DNA from: Simkaniaceae bacterium
GTDB taxonomy: Bacteria; Chlamydiota; Chlamydiia; Chlamydiales; Simkaniaceae
DNA: 16,088 nucleotides
Assembly (NCBI GenBank): GCA_050248615.1
Contig: JBFWSA010000044.1
Location: 1 to 16,088 of the forward strand
Direction: 5' to 3'
This document shows, in pieces, positions 1 through 7,695 of the stretch (its first letter is position 1; every line of letters begins with the position of its first letter). The notes beneath the pieces are model-generated. The model had not been told where the DNA came from and searched no databases. It worked only from the letters and a program-made list of their open reading frames with translations. The position numbers and the translations under genes were made by a program.

Positions 1-34
1 GGATCTTTTGACGAAATATCTTGAACAAGGGTAA
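1..34 (+). CDS. Possible 3' end of an upstream CDS (...DLLTKYLEQG*), product unknown
   Basis: The frame starting at nt 2 is open to TAA at 32-34 and is followed by an AT-rich intergenic segment with a hairpin. Too short to identify. Confidence 0.3.
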   Translation, partial: DLLTKYLEQG

Positions 35-46
35 TATGGATGGGTC

Positions 47-80
47 GCGAATTTTTTTATTTGAATAATTCGCCGGTTTT
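47..80 (+). terminator. Possible weak hairpin or terminator
   Basis: Inverted repeat GCGAATT (47-53) / AATTCGC (67-73) followed by cggtttt. The stem is short and the loop is large. Confidence 0.25.
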
Positions 81-128
81 ACTAATTAGGAGATTGATAG
101 CTCATAAACTTTTTCGGGTTTTCCTTTT

Positions 129-1115
129 ATGACGTATGAAGGTCGTGCACTATATAATTTGCTTCAGATGAATCTAAAGCAAAATCCAGATCTCGAAGTT
201 GAACCATGGCAGGTCGAAATCTACCGAGATTTGCCTGAAGAGGAGCTATTTAGCCGCTTAGAATCCCATCAAATCTTTTTGGATAAAGATAACTTTTTGC
301 TCTATGTCGATGCGTGTGAATCACCTGAAGATTTAGCCGATTGCTTATACTTAGAGGAGGACTATGCCAAACATGAACAAGTCTATCTCTGTGTATTTGA
401 GCTCTGGCGTCGACTGGCTACCCATAAACAATCCCTATCCATTTTTGTCGATCAGTTAGATCATTTAATCGAAGAATATGAAGAGGGGAAGTTAGAAAAT
501 GATGAGGAACTCCAGACCTCTCTAGAAAGTTTTCAAATCATTTTGGACGATAATGTTGATGAAGGAGGGGATCCTCGAGATGGGTACTATTTCTTCTCTT
601 CCTATTCCTGTCATGATTTAGAAGTCTTTATTTATGAGTATGTCTCCCATCAAATCGATATTGAAAATGACCTTTATGCCTCAGAGCTTTTAGAAGGATT
701 TTTTCCTTATGTCGATAATAAACGTTGGTTTGAACTCCTCCGTATTCGCTTAGTCTCAGCAGCAGATGTTGCAGGGGGGAATGTAATGGTGCAGCGTCTC
801 TTAGAATCTTTAAAAGAAGAGCCTGAGCTCTATCTTCTCTTTGAAACGCTCCATTTTCTCATCTATGTAGGGGAAAATGACCAGTTTATCGCTACTTTTA
901 ATCGAGCACTGGAACAGCTCGAGACCGAAGAAGATCTCCGAGAACTCCTCATGCTTACAGCGGAATATCTTGAGTCGATCAATAAGGAGAAAGAGGTCGA
1001 AGTCATCAATGACCTCATCGATCAACAAAAAGATAAAAACTTGCAGGATCCTTTAAATCCTGAAGATTATGCTCTTCAAATTCTGAAAGATATTATGAAC
1101 TTCTCTAGCGTCTGA
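129..1115 (+). CDS. Acidic, all-helical hypothetical protein (328 aa), probably conserved in Chlamydiae
   Basis: Long ORF, very E/D/L-rich. The N-terminal RALYNLL..N...VEPWQVE.YR and the ELWRRL segment resemble chlamydial conserved hypotheticals from recall. No catalytic motif recognised. Confidence 0.8.
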   Translation: MTYEGRALYNLLQMNLKQNPDLEVEPWQVEIYRDLPEEELFSRLESHQIFLDKDNFLLYVDACESPEDLADCLYLEEDYAKHEQVYLCVFELWRRLATHKQSLSIFVDQLDHLIEEYEEGKLENDEELQTSLESFQIILDDNVDEGGDPRDGYYFFSSYSCHDLEVFIYEYVSHQIDIENDLYASELLEGFFPYVDNKRWFELLRIRLVSAADVAGGNVMVQRLLESLKEEPELYLLFETLHFLIYVGENDQFIATFNRALEQLETEEDLRELLMLTAEYLESINKEKEVEVINDLIDQQKDKNLQDPLNPEDYALQILKDIMNFSSV

Positions 1116-1848
1116 TCAATAGAGGCTCAAAGTTTAGATAATCTGCTGCTGTAAAGAGGTAGAGGATTTGATTTTTTTCTCCGAATAAGGGACGCTCTTT
1201 TTTGACATTATGCAAATGACCAAAAACGCAGATATTGATTTGAAACGCTTCTAGAATTTTCGAAACTTTGGAGTCTTGAAGGTCTGCACTGATGGGAGGG
1301 TAGTGTGTCATCGCAATGCGGAGAGAAGCCTTATCATCGAGCTGCTTCAAACTCAACTTTAAACGCTCAAGCTCTCTATCAAAAATCTTTTGGTCTTGCG
1401 TTTTGTCTACTTCTTTAGGTGTAGATAACGGATTTTCTTGAAAGGCGATGAAAGCATTAAAGTTGTACTCTTCAGTATCCCAAAGACGAGATCCACCAAT
1501 TGTGACATCATTCCAATGAAAAGCATTATTATTCACGAAATGGATAGAAGGAGGTAACCCTGTTGCAAGTTTTTTGTTTGAGGGCCACCAATAATCATGA
1601 TTTCCCTTCAGAATGACTTTTGTTCCAGGGAGGGCATCGATCCACTCAAGATCGATCAAGGCATCTTCAAATTTTTGGGCCCAAGAGATATCACCTGGAA
1701 TAAGGATAAGATCCTCTTTTTGGATCACAGCTCTCCAGTTTTTCTCTAGGCGACTCGCATAATCCTTCCAGGCAGAACCAAAAACCTCCATGCTCTTGTC
1801 TGGAGCGCCAAAGGCTAGATGTAAGTCTCCGATTGCCCAAATCGCCAT
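1105..1848 (-). CDS. Calcineurin-like metallophosphoesterase (247 aa)
   Basis: All five motifs are present: GDLH, PGDISW, KGNHDYWW, MTHYPP and FGHLH. Confidence 0.93.
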   Translation of the reverse strand: MAIWAIGDLHLAFGAPDKSMEVFGSAWKDYASRLEKNWRAVIQKEDLILIPGDISWAQKFEDALIDLEWIDALPGTKVILKGNHDYWWPSNKKLATGLPPSIHFVNNNAFHWNDVTIGGSRLWDTEEYNFNAFIAFQENPLSTPKEVDKTQDQKIFDRELERLKLSLKQLDDKASLRIAMTHYPPISADLQDSKVSKILEAFQINICVFGHLHNVKKERPLFGEKNQILYLFTAADYLNFEPLLIRR

Positions 1849-1853
1849 TGTAT

Positions 1854-2933
1854 TTATACGGTTGTGTATCCCTCATCACTATCTGAATGATACTGATAAG
1901 TGTTGGATAAGGGGAATAGAATATGCATTTGATAGGCAACCTCAAAATCATAACGTTTATGTATTGCTTCAAAAGAAGGGAAGTGGAGTTTAGGTTCAAT
2001 ATCTGTCCATTTTAAATCGGTGATTAAAGCCTCAGGGAAGATCGTGAACATACTGGCGCGGTTTTGTCCATAATAGACATCCTTTGATGCAAGGGTAAAA
2101 GTAATAACTGCGGGAGTTCCAAAATGTTGGATGGCACATTGGTGTGCTTGTGTATGTGTAACCATTTTGGCTATTCGGGGGTAGCACTTGTCTTGTGCAT
2201 TTAAACCGGGGCATGCATCGTTAAAGTGTCTTCCATCTGAAGCCCCCTTAAGAAACGCTTCCATCAGATGTCTAGATCCCCCATACATAACGGTAATATT
2301 TTCTCCTAAATCTTCGTAGACAGGATCATGATGACTCATGCTGTAGGGCCTTTCCCTGTAGAGTAAAAATCCCTGTTTTGTGTATGCCTTTTCTTGGATA
2401 TCACGTATTCTATGCATGATCGTGCGCATAAGGGAGAGGTGGTCATCAGGATACTCTAAGGAAAAAAGGGCGGTGAGCATAGAGCGATCCAGATCTGCTT
2501 CAAAATAGCTTTTTTGAAGAGTAAAAAGGTCTCTTGCTACGTTGCGAAGAGCATCAGCAGTTGTCGCTTGGTCGATGGGTTCGCGGGGACCTAAAAACTC
2601 CAATAAGTCCCGATGAAATTGTTCCCGTAAAGCTGAAGAGGCTGACTTTTTTAATCCGTTGCGTTCTGCTAAAAGTAGTTCAACGCTATCGCGTTGCTTG
2701 GGAGAAAGAGGTCTAGAAAATAGCTTTTCTAATAAAAGTTTAAAAGATTTAAAGGGAGCATACCCAACCTCAAAATCTGTAACTTCTCGGATCATCCATT
2801 CACAAAATGCAACCCTCTCTTCTGTTTCCATCGCTTCAAAAGCAGAAATATCTAGATGAAAACGGTTGTATAGGTCGATGCGTGCTTCAAAACCCTGGGT
2901 TTCAGAAAAAGTTCTAGTAAGGCTAGCAGACAT
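1854..2933 (-). CDS. Hypothetical protein (359 aa) with a helical N-terminal region and an alpha/beta C-terminal domain that may be ART-like
   Basis: Long ORF. Its ATG overlaps the upstream stop (TGATG), with AAGGAG upstream. The function is inference only. Confidence 0.8.
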   Translation of the reverse strand: MSASLTRTFSETQGFEARIDLYNRFHLDISAFEAMETEERVAFCEWMIREVTDFEVGYAPFKSFKLLLEKLFSRPLSPKQRDSVELLLAERNGLKKSASSALREQFHRDLLEFLGPREPIDQATTADALRNVARDLFTLQKSYFEADLDRSMLTALFSLEYPDDHLSLMRTIMHRIRDIQEKAYTKQGFLLYRERPYSMSHHDPVYEDLGENITVMYGGSRHLMEAFLKGASDGRHFNDACPGLNAQDKCYPRIAKMVTHTQAHQCAIQHFGTPAVITFTLASKDVYYGQNRASMFTIFPEALITDLKWTDIEPKLHFPSFEAIHKRYDFEVAYQMHILFPLSNTYQYHSDSDEGYTTV

Positions 2934-3799
2934 CAGAGAGCTCCTTCATTATCGGAAAATTGTGCGGGCATAGGGGGAATCTCAAAGGCATCTGCAGTGA
3001 TTTCAATAAAGCGTTCCACTGTTTCTTTCCTGTTAAAATACTTTTTTACCTCAAGGATGAATTTATTCCACATCTTTTCATTCAGCATTTGGTAAGCCTC
3101 TTCTGCTTCTGAAAAAAGCTCTCCAGATTCCTCATCAATCACCGTTTCATCACGAAAAGGGGCAAAGAGTTTTAAAACCTCTTCACGGGTTTGACACCCT
3201 TGGATGAGTGGGTAGAGGGTGCTTACAAAAAAGGGATCTTTAGATTTTTGGCAAAGGTTTTTAATAGTTATCATGAGCTCACGTTCAATTTTTTCTAGAG
3301 GGTCTTCGCCTGCATTTTTAGCGATTCGATACGATTCGTAATCGGCTTGGGCTTGGGCTCTTTTGATGTAGTGAGAATAAATGGCATCTTGCGTTTTGAT
3401 CAATTCTTTCCCCGTTTTGGGGTCCTGATAAGCATTGAGGTCGTAAACCCCTAAAAACAGAAAGAATCCCACTTTTGTCAGTGTTTCTCGGTTTTTTAAG
3501 AAATACTCGATGTTTGCCACCCGTTTCTCGGCAAGAGAAGAGGCGGGGTCGCTCGGGTATTGTTTGATTAATTGCTCTGTTTCTTGGGTGTATTTTTCTA
3601 AAACCGCGACTAACGCTTCTGTCGCGTTATATAAATAGTCAGCTGTTTTAGGGTGGGTAGCAAAAAAACGCATCACCTTAATATTGAGCTCTAGTCCCTT
3701 GGGGTTTCCTAAAATGGATACCACTTCATTGGAGGTGTTAGCACTTAAGATAGTTGTAAATAGACAAAGGGTGAGGGTGATCCATTTTTTTAATACCAT
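2933..3799 (-). CDS. Exported hypothetical protein with Sec signal peptide (288 aa)
   Basis: Start re-assigned to ATG 3799, which has GGAGA upstream and gives MVLKKWITLTLCLFTTILSA|NT (basic n-region, hydrophobic h-region, ending in Ala). The ORF-track start at 3892 would overlap the divergent gene. Confidence 0.8.
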   Translation of the reverse strand: MVLKKWITLTLCLFTTILSANTSNEVVSILGNPKGLELNIKVMRFFATHPKTADYLYNATEALVAVLEKYTQETEQLIKQYPSDPASSLAEKRVANIEYFLKNRETLTKVGFFLFLGVYDLNAYQDPKTGKELIKTQDAIYSHYIKRAQAQADYESYRIAKNAGEDPLEKIERELMITIKNLCQKSKDPFFVSTLYPLIQGCQTREEVLKLFAPFRDETVIDEESGELFSEAEEAYQMLNEKMWNKFILEVKKYFNRKETVERFIEITADAFEIPPMPAQFSDNEGAL

Positions 3800-3812
3800 T
3801 TTTCTCTCCAGA

Positions 3813-3862
3813 TTGTGTATTGTTGCACGAGCCTTATACTGGAAGGACCTATATATTTTCAA
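3813..3862. promoter_or_regulatory. Candidate overlapping divergent sigma70/sigma66-type promoters
   Basis: Plus strand: TTGTGT(3813-3818)-N16-TATACT(3835-3840). Minus strand: TTGAAA(3862-3857)-N18-TATAAG(3838-3833). Confidence 0.35.
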
Positions 3863-3885
3863 ATGGCTAAAAAAAAGGAGCAACG

Positions 3886-5403
3886 ATGACAACGGTAGAT
3901 AGCGTAGAATGCGATACCCTTTCCCTACTCCCTTTTGAGGGGGTAAATGCAGAGATAGAAATAGAGGATGAAATGTGCCCCCCTTGTTCTCAGGGATGGG
4001 GAAATCATCTTGAGGGGATGACCCGTCTTCGAGAAGAAGAAGGGATGCTAAGAACGTTAGCGGCCAACTTAAGAGAGCTCGATAGTCACATAAAATTTTC
4101 TGAAGGGATGAAAAGAATAGATACCCTGATTGAAAACCATGTAGAGAGTTGGTACAAAACTAGCGCTTATCTTCTTTGTATAGAGAAATTAGCTCCAATC
4201 CGCCCAGATTTAGCCTTGGAATATGTGAATAAGCTTGAATGCCCATCGAGCCAGGCTAGAGCCTATCTGGAGATTGCAAAGTATCAGAAGGGGGCAGCAT
4301 TTGATACAACACTTCAGAAAGCAGCAGCTCTTTTTAATGCTTATGCAGCGGATTGTTTCGTTCCCTATTATGATGAGCTTTTAGCGCGAGGTGGGTCCGC
4401 TGTAGATCGATTCTTTGAAACGATTTATGCAAAAATCCAGCAGTATTCACGTTGGTCCTGGCGTAGTGAATATGACCTTTTAGCAACTGCAGAACTTGAG
4501 ATCAAACTTCAGTTGCCCAATGCGGAAGAGTCTTTAAAAAAAGCGCATGAAGCCATGCTTCAAAAAGGTTGGCTCTCTTGGGATACGATTTATCGGCTTT
4601 TAGATTGTGAAATTCAAATAGAAAGTCCTTTAATTTTTGAAACCCTCAAAAGCTATCAAGATCAGATAAAAGAGGGATGGTGGTTTGATAAGATGAAGCT
4701 CTTAGCGTTTGAAGCAAAGCATCCCCTACTGCAGGCGGTTTTTGAAAAGCATCTTCAAGAGGTGTTAGCCTCTGTGGAAGATGATTTTGACTTAATAGAT
4801 CTTGTAGAGGCTCTCGTAGTTCATCAAAGATCGGCTGCTGAAAGGGTTATGGAACGAATCGAAACAGAAGAGGATAGGTTTTATGCAGAGCTCTTTTTGG
4901 TTAGAGGGGATGCACACGATCCTCAATTTGATAGGGATGCAGCAGTTGCAGTATTTAAAGAAAAAGTCGAAAGAGCACAAATTACAAATCCGCGAGAATT
5001 CTTAGGTCTCTTTAAATTGACAGCTGAAATATTTGGTCCGGAAAGGTGTCAATTCCTTTTGGATGAAGCCCTTTTACGGATGCAGCCCACAGTAGATGCG
5101 TTATATGCAAAGGAACTCAAGGAGGCGGGAAAGACTTTTGCCCATTACTTGGGGGGCGCTTTTGGGATAGATTTACCAGACCCCAAATTAGAAGGGAAGC
5201 ATAAGACGGAAGCCCTTTCGAGATTTTCAAACCTCGATTTTGATAGAGTCGCAACATTACTATCTGCTTTTTCTCTCTATCACTTTTCAGAAACGGAAGA
5301 GCTTCTCCAGATTATGTATGAAGGGCTTGAAGAAGGAGCATGGTTTTGGGGTTCTAATATGCTTGATATGATTAGAGCGGAATGGACCCTTTTAGGTTAC
5401 TAA
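3886..5403 (+). CDS. Hypothetical alpha-solenoid (TPR-like) protein (505 aa)
   Basis: AAGGAG at 3875-3880. A/L/E-rich amphipathic helices with repeat-like units ALEYVNKLECPSSQARAYLEIA and AAERVMERIETEEDRFYAELFL. No signal peptide or transmembrane segment is evident. Confidence 0.8.
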   Translation: MTTVDSVECDTLSLLPFEGVNAEIEIEDEMCPPCSQGWGNHLEGMTRLREEEGMLRTLAANLRELDSHIKFSEGMKRIDTLIENHVESWYKTSAYLLCIEKLAPIRPDLALEYVNKLECPSSQARAYLEIAKYQKGAAFDTTLQKAAALFNAYAADCFVPYYDELLARGGSAVDRFFETIYAKIQQYSRWSWRSEYDLLATAELEIKLQLPNAEESLKKAHEAMLQKGWLSWDTIYRLLDCEIQIESPLIFETLKSYQDQIKEGWWFDKMKLLAFEAKHPLLQAVFEKHLQEVLASVEDDFDLIDLVEALVVHQRSAAERVMERIETEEDRFYAELFLVRGDAHDPQFDRDAAVAVFKEKVERAQITNPREFLGLFKLTAEIFGPERCQFLLDEALLRMQPTVDALYAKELKEAGKTFAHYLGGAFGIDLPDPKLEGKHKTEALSRFSNLDFDRVATLLSAFSLYHFSETEELLQIMYEGLEEGAWFWGSNMLDMIRAEWTLLGY

Positions 5404-6695
5404 AGGGTAAAGTTGTCAGGGAGAGTAGTGCCACTGGAGACGATGATGATCCCATCGCGAATATAGATCCCATCGCCATCGTATTTTTTATGCTTTTGCT
5501 CATTGGTAAGGCGGACGTTATTTCCAATGATCACGTTTTCATCGATAATGGTTTTCTCGATATGACAATTTCTACCGATCATGTAACGGTGGGTTTGATC
5601 TTCCGGTGCTGAGTAGTATTCATTTCCGAGGAGGACCGAGTTACGAATCACGGTTCCTTTTTTTATAATGATCCGGACACCCACAATGCTATGCGTGATT
5701 TCTTTTGCATCCAAGATGGCCCCATCACAAATGATGGAGTCTTTGACCAGAGTTTCTGAAAGACGTGCTCCTGGAAGGTAGTGGTTGTGGGCGTAGATGG
5801 GGAGGACTTCGTTATAGAGATTAAGGCCTAATGTGTTTGTCGTGAGGGAAAGGTTGGCATGGTAGAATGAAGAGATCGTTCCGATATCTTCCCAATATCC
5901 TTGGTAGAGAAAGGCTGCTGCTTTTCCTTTCTTTAGTTGGGTGGGAATCATGTGTTTTCCAAAATCTTCTCGCTTATCTTCTTTCAAAAGCTTGATGAGA
6001 GCTTCTTTTTTAAAGACATAGATTCCCATGGAAGCTAAAAAACAGGGAGGACTGGAGCAATGGATGTCATTTTCTTGGAGGAAATGATCGGGAACTTCAA
6101 AACGGTTAAGAATCGTCTGTTCTTTCGGCTTTTCATGAAAATCAATGATATTGGCTTCCTCATCGATATTTAAGAGACCTAAACGCGGGGCCTCCGTATG
6201 TCCCACAGGGAGAGCTGCGATTGTCAGGTCCGCATCTTTTTCGTAGGCAAAGGAGACCATGGCTTCAAGGTCCATATTGTAAAGCTGATCTCCCGATAAG
6301 ATCAGAAAATAGTCAATAGGAAGCTTGGTGAGTTGGTCGATATTTTTTCGGACAGCGTCTGCTGTTCCCTCATACCAGACTTTTCCCTCGGGTCTCTCTT
6401 CAGGGCTTACTAAAGTCAGGCTTCCCCCTTGAAATTGATCGAGAGGATAGGTCTCTTTGATATGTTGGTTAAGGCTTGATGAGAAATATTGAGAGATGAT
6501 GAATATATGATTCATATTAGAATTCAGAGAGTTAGAGATCGGAACGTCAACGAGACGGTACCGACCCCCAAAGCCCACAGCGGGTTTACAACGGTGTTGC
6601 GTAAGTGGAAAAAGTCGTGTCCCCTGCCCCCCGGCCAGTATTATACAAGCGACACGATCTGTCAGGTCAAAACGTTTCTTTCGTGTTGATACCAC
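5400..6695 (-). CDS. glgC: Glucose-1-phosphate adenylyltransferase (ADP-glucose pyrophosphorylase)
   Basis: ILAGGQGTRLFPLT, KPAV.FGGRYRL.D, WY.GTADAV, ILSGDQLY.MD, F.EKP, ASMGIYVF, DFGK, YWEDIGT and a C-terminal beta-helix. GTG start with a GGGGAGGG ribosome-binding site. Confidence 0.98.
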   Translation of the reverse strand: MVSTRKKRFDLTDRVACIILAGGQGTRLFPLTQHRCKPAVGFGGRYRLVDVPISNSLNSNMNHIFIISQYFSSSLNQHIKETYPLDQFQGGSLTLVSPEERPEGKVWYEGTADAVRKNIDQLTKLPIDYFLILSGDQLYNMDLEAMVSFAYEKDADLTIAALPVGHTEAPRLGLLNIDEEANIIDFHEKPKEQTILNRFEVPDHFLQENDIHCSSPPCFLASMGIYVFKKEALIKLLKEDKREDFGKHMIPTQLKKGKAAAFLYQGYWEDIGTISSFYHANLSLTTNTLGLNLYNEVLPIYAHNHYLPGARLSETLVKDSIICDGAILDAKEITHSIVGVRIIIKKGTVIRNSVLLGNEYYSAPEDQTHRYMIGRNCHIEKTIIDENVIIGNNVRLTNEQKHKKYDGDGIYIRDGIIIVSSGTTLPDNFTL

Positions 6696-6715
6696 TGGAG
6701 CCCTCCCCTAGCTTT

Positions 6716-6744
6716 CCTATAGAACATGAGAGAAGGATCGTCAA
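6716..6744 (-). promoter_or_regulatory. Candidate glgC promoter
   Basis: TTGACG(6744-6739)-N17-TATAGG(6721-6716) just upstream of the ribosome-binding site. The -10 lacks the conserved final T. Confidence 0.4.
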
Positions 6745-6795
6745 TGGATTAATGAAAGGTTTTTTTTAAGAGACTGTTACTGAATTAAAATTGAT

Positions 6796-7695
6796 TTATA
6801 CCGTTTTCTTCCAGTTTCTAATCACTAGAGTCATTTCGTTTAGAATTTGAGGGGCAAGGTTTTCTTTTTTTGAAATAGCAATAAAACGCTCTTGCTCACT
6901 TGCTTGAGTAAGATTTGCGCAAGCAAAAACAAGATAGCTGGCAAAGAGAGGTTTTTGAAGGGTCGCTTCTTTTTCAAGGACTTCGAGGCAAGCTGTGGCG
7001 ATTTCTTCCTCTTCTGCAAAACCTGTCAGGGCGATGGCGGCATATTCGTTGTCTTTGGAGTAGGGATCTTGCTTTAATAGTTTGATTAAGAAGGTTTTTG
7101 CCTCCTTCCCAAAAGAGGCGAGAGCTTTGATGATTTCTTCATCGGTGAAAAAGTTATCTTGTCCCAAGGCTTCAAAGAGGGGGGGAATGGCCCTTTTATC
7201 TTGGATGGCCCCTAAGCATTTTGCAGCAAAGATAGGGGCTCGGCCATACCCAGGGTAAAGGGGGTCATAAAAGGAGTGGGAAGAGAGAAGGTGAATTAAA
7301 GGGGGGACGACCTCTTTTCCTTTATGAATGAGAGCCTCTATTTCTTTTTCGGGATTTTCCTCCTCGGAGAGGATCAAATCACTCAGTAAAAGGGCAATGG
7401 GATCGGGATTTTCTTCTGAATAAATGGCACGGAGTTCTTGGTAAAGTTTTTTAGATTGGTTGACGATTTCTTGGGCAGCTTCAGGAAGAAAGGTTTCCGC
7501 TAAGTTTTTGCCCATTTGATTTTCAAGGTTTTGCAGTTTTTTGATCTCTTCTAGCTCAAAGTCAGGCATCACCCCGACACCTTCTTGAGTGTAGTATTCA
7601 AGCATCATTTCAAAATTTCCTCCAAAATGGGCATCACGGTGCATGAGGATCTCCATATCGATGGCGTCCATGAGGGGAATTTCTGAATTAACCAT
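6796..7695 (-). CDS. HEAT-repeat (PBS lyase-like) protein (299 aa)
   Basis: HEAT-like units AAKCLGAIQDKRAIPPLFEAL and IIKALASFGKEAKTFLIKLL. Start re-assigned to ATG 7695, which has AGGAG upstream and overlaps the end of lipA by 8 nt. Confidence 0.85.
   Translation of the reverse strand: MVNSEIPLMDAIDMEILMHRDAHFGGNFEMMLEYYTQEGVGVMPDFELEEIKKLQNLENQMGKNLAETFLPEAAQEIVNQSKKLYQELRAIYSEENPDPIALLLSDLILSEEENPEKEIEALIHKGKEVVPPLIHLLSSHSFYDPLYPGYGRAPIFAAKCLGAIQDKRAIPPLFEALGQDNFFTDEEIIKALASFGKEAKTFLIKLLKQDPYSKDNEYAAIALTGFAEEEEIATACLEVLEKEATLQKPLFASYLVFACANLTQASEQERFIAISKKENLAPQILNEMTLVIRNWKKTV

Noticed and set aside
3800..3892. ORF-track N-terminal extension of the 2933-3892 ORF
   Set aside because: It overlaps the start of the divergent gene and the promoter region. 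ATG 3799 has a ribosome-binding site and yields a signal peptide.
3976..3987. CPPC as a thioredoxin active site in the 505-aa protein
   Set aside because: There is no surrounding thioredoxin-fold pattern; the motif sits in an acidic leader ahead of helical repeats.
1852..6805. Similar 12-mers atttatacggtt (1852-1863) and atttataccgtt (6794-6805) at two gene ends, as possible insertion or att repeats
   Set aside because: The match is short, imperfect and AT-rich, and is explained by both genes ending in Thr-Val-TAA. The pair would also bracket glgC rather than only the orphan block.
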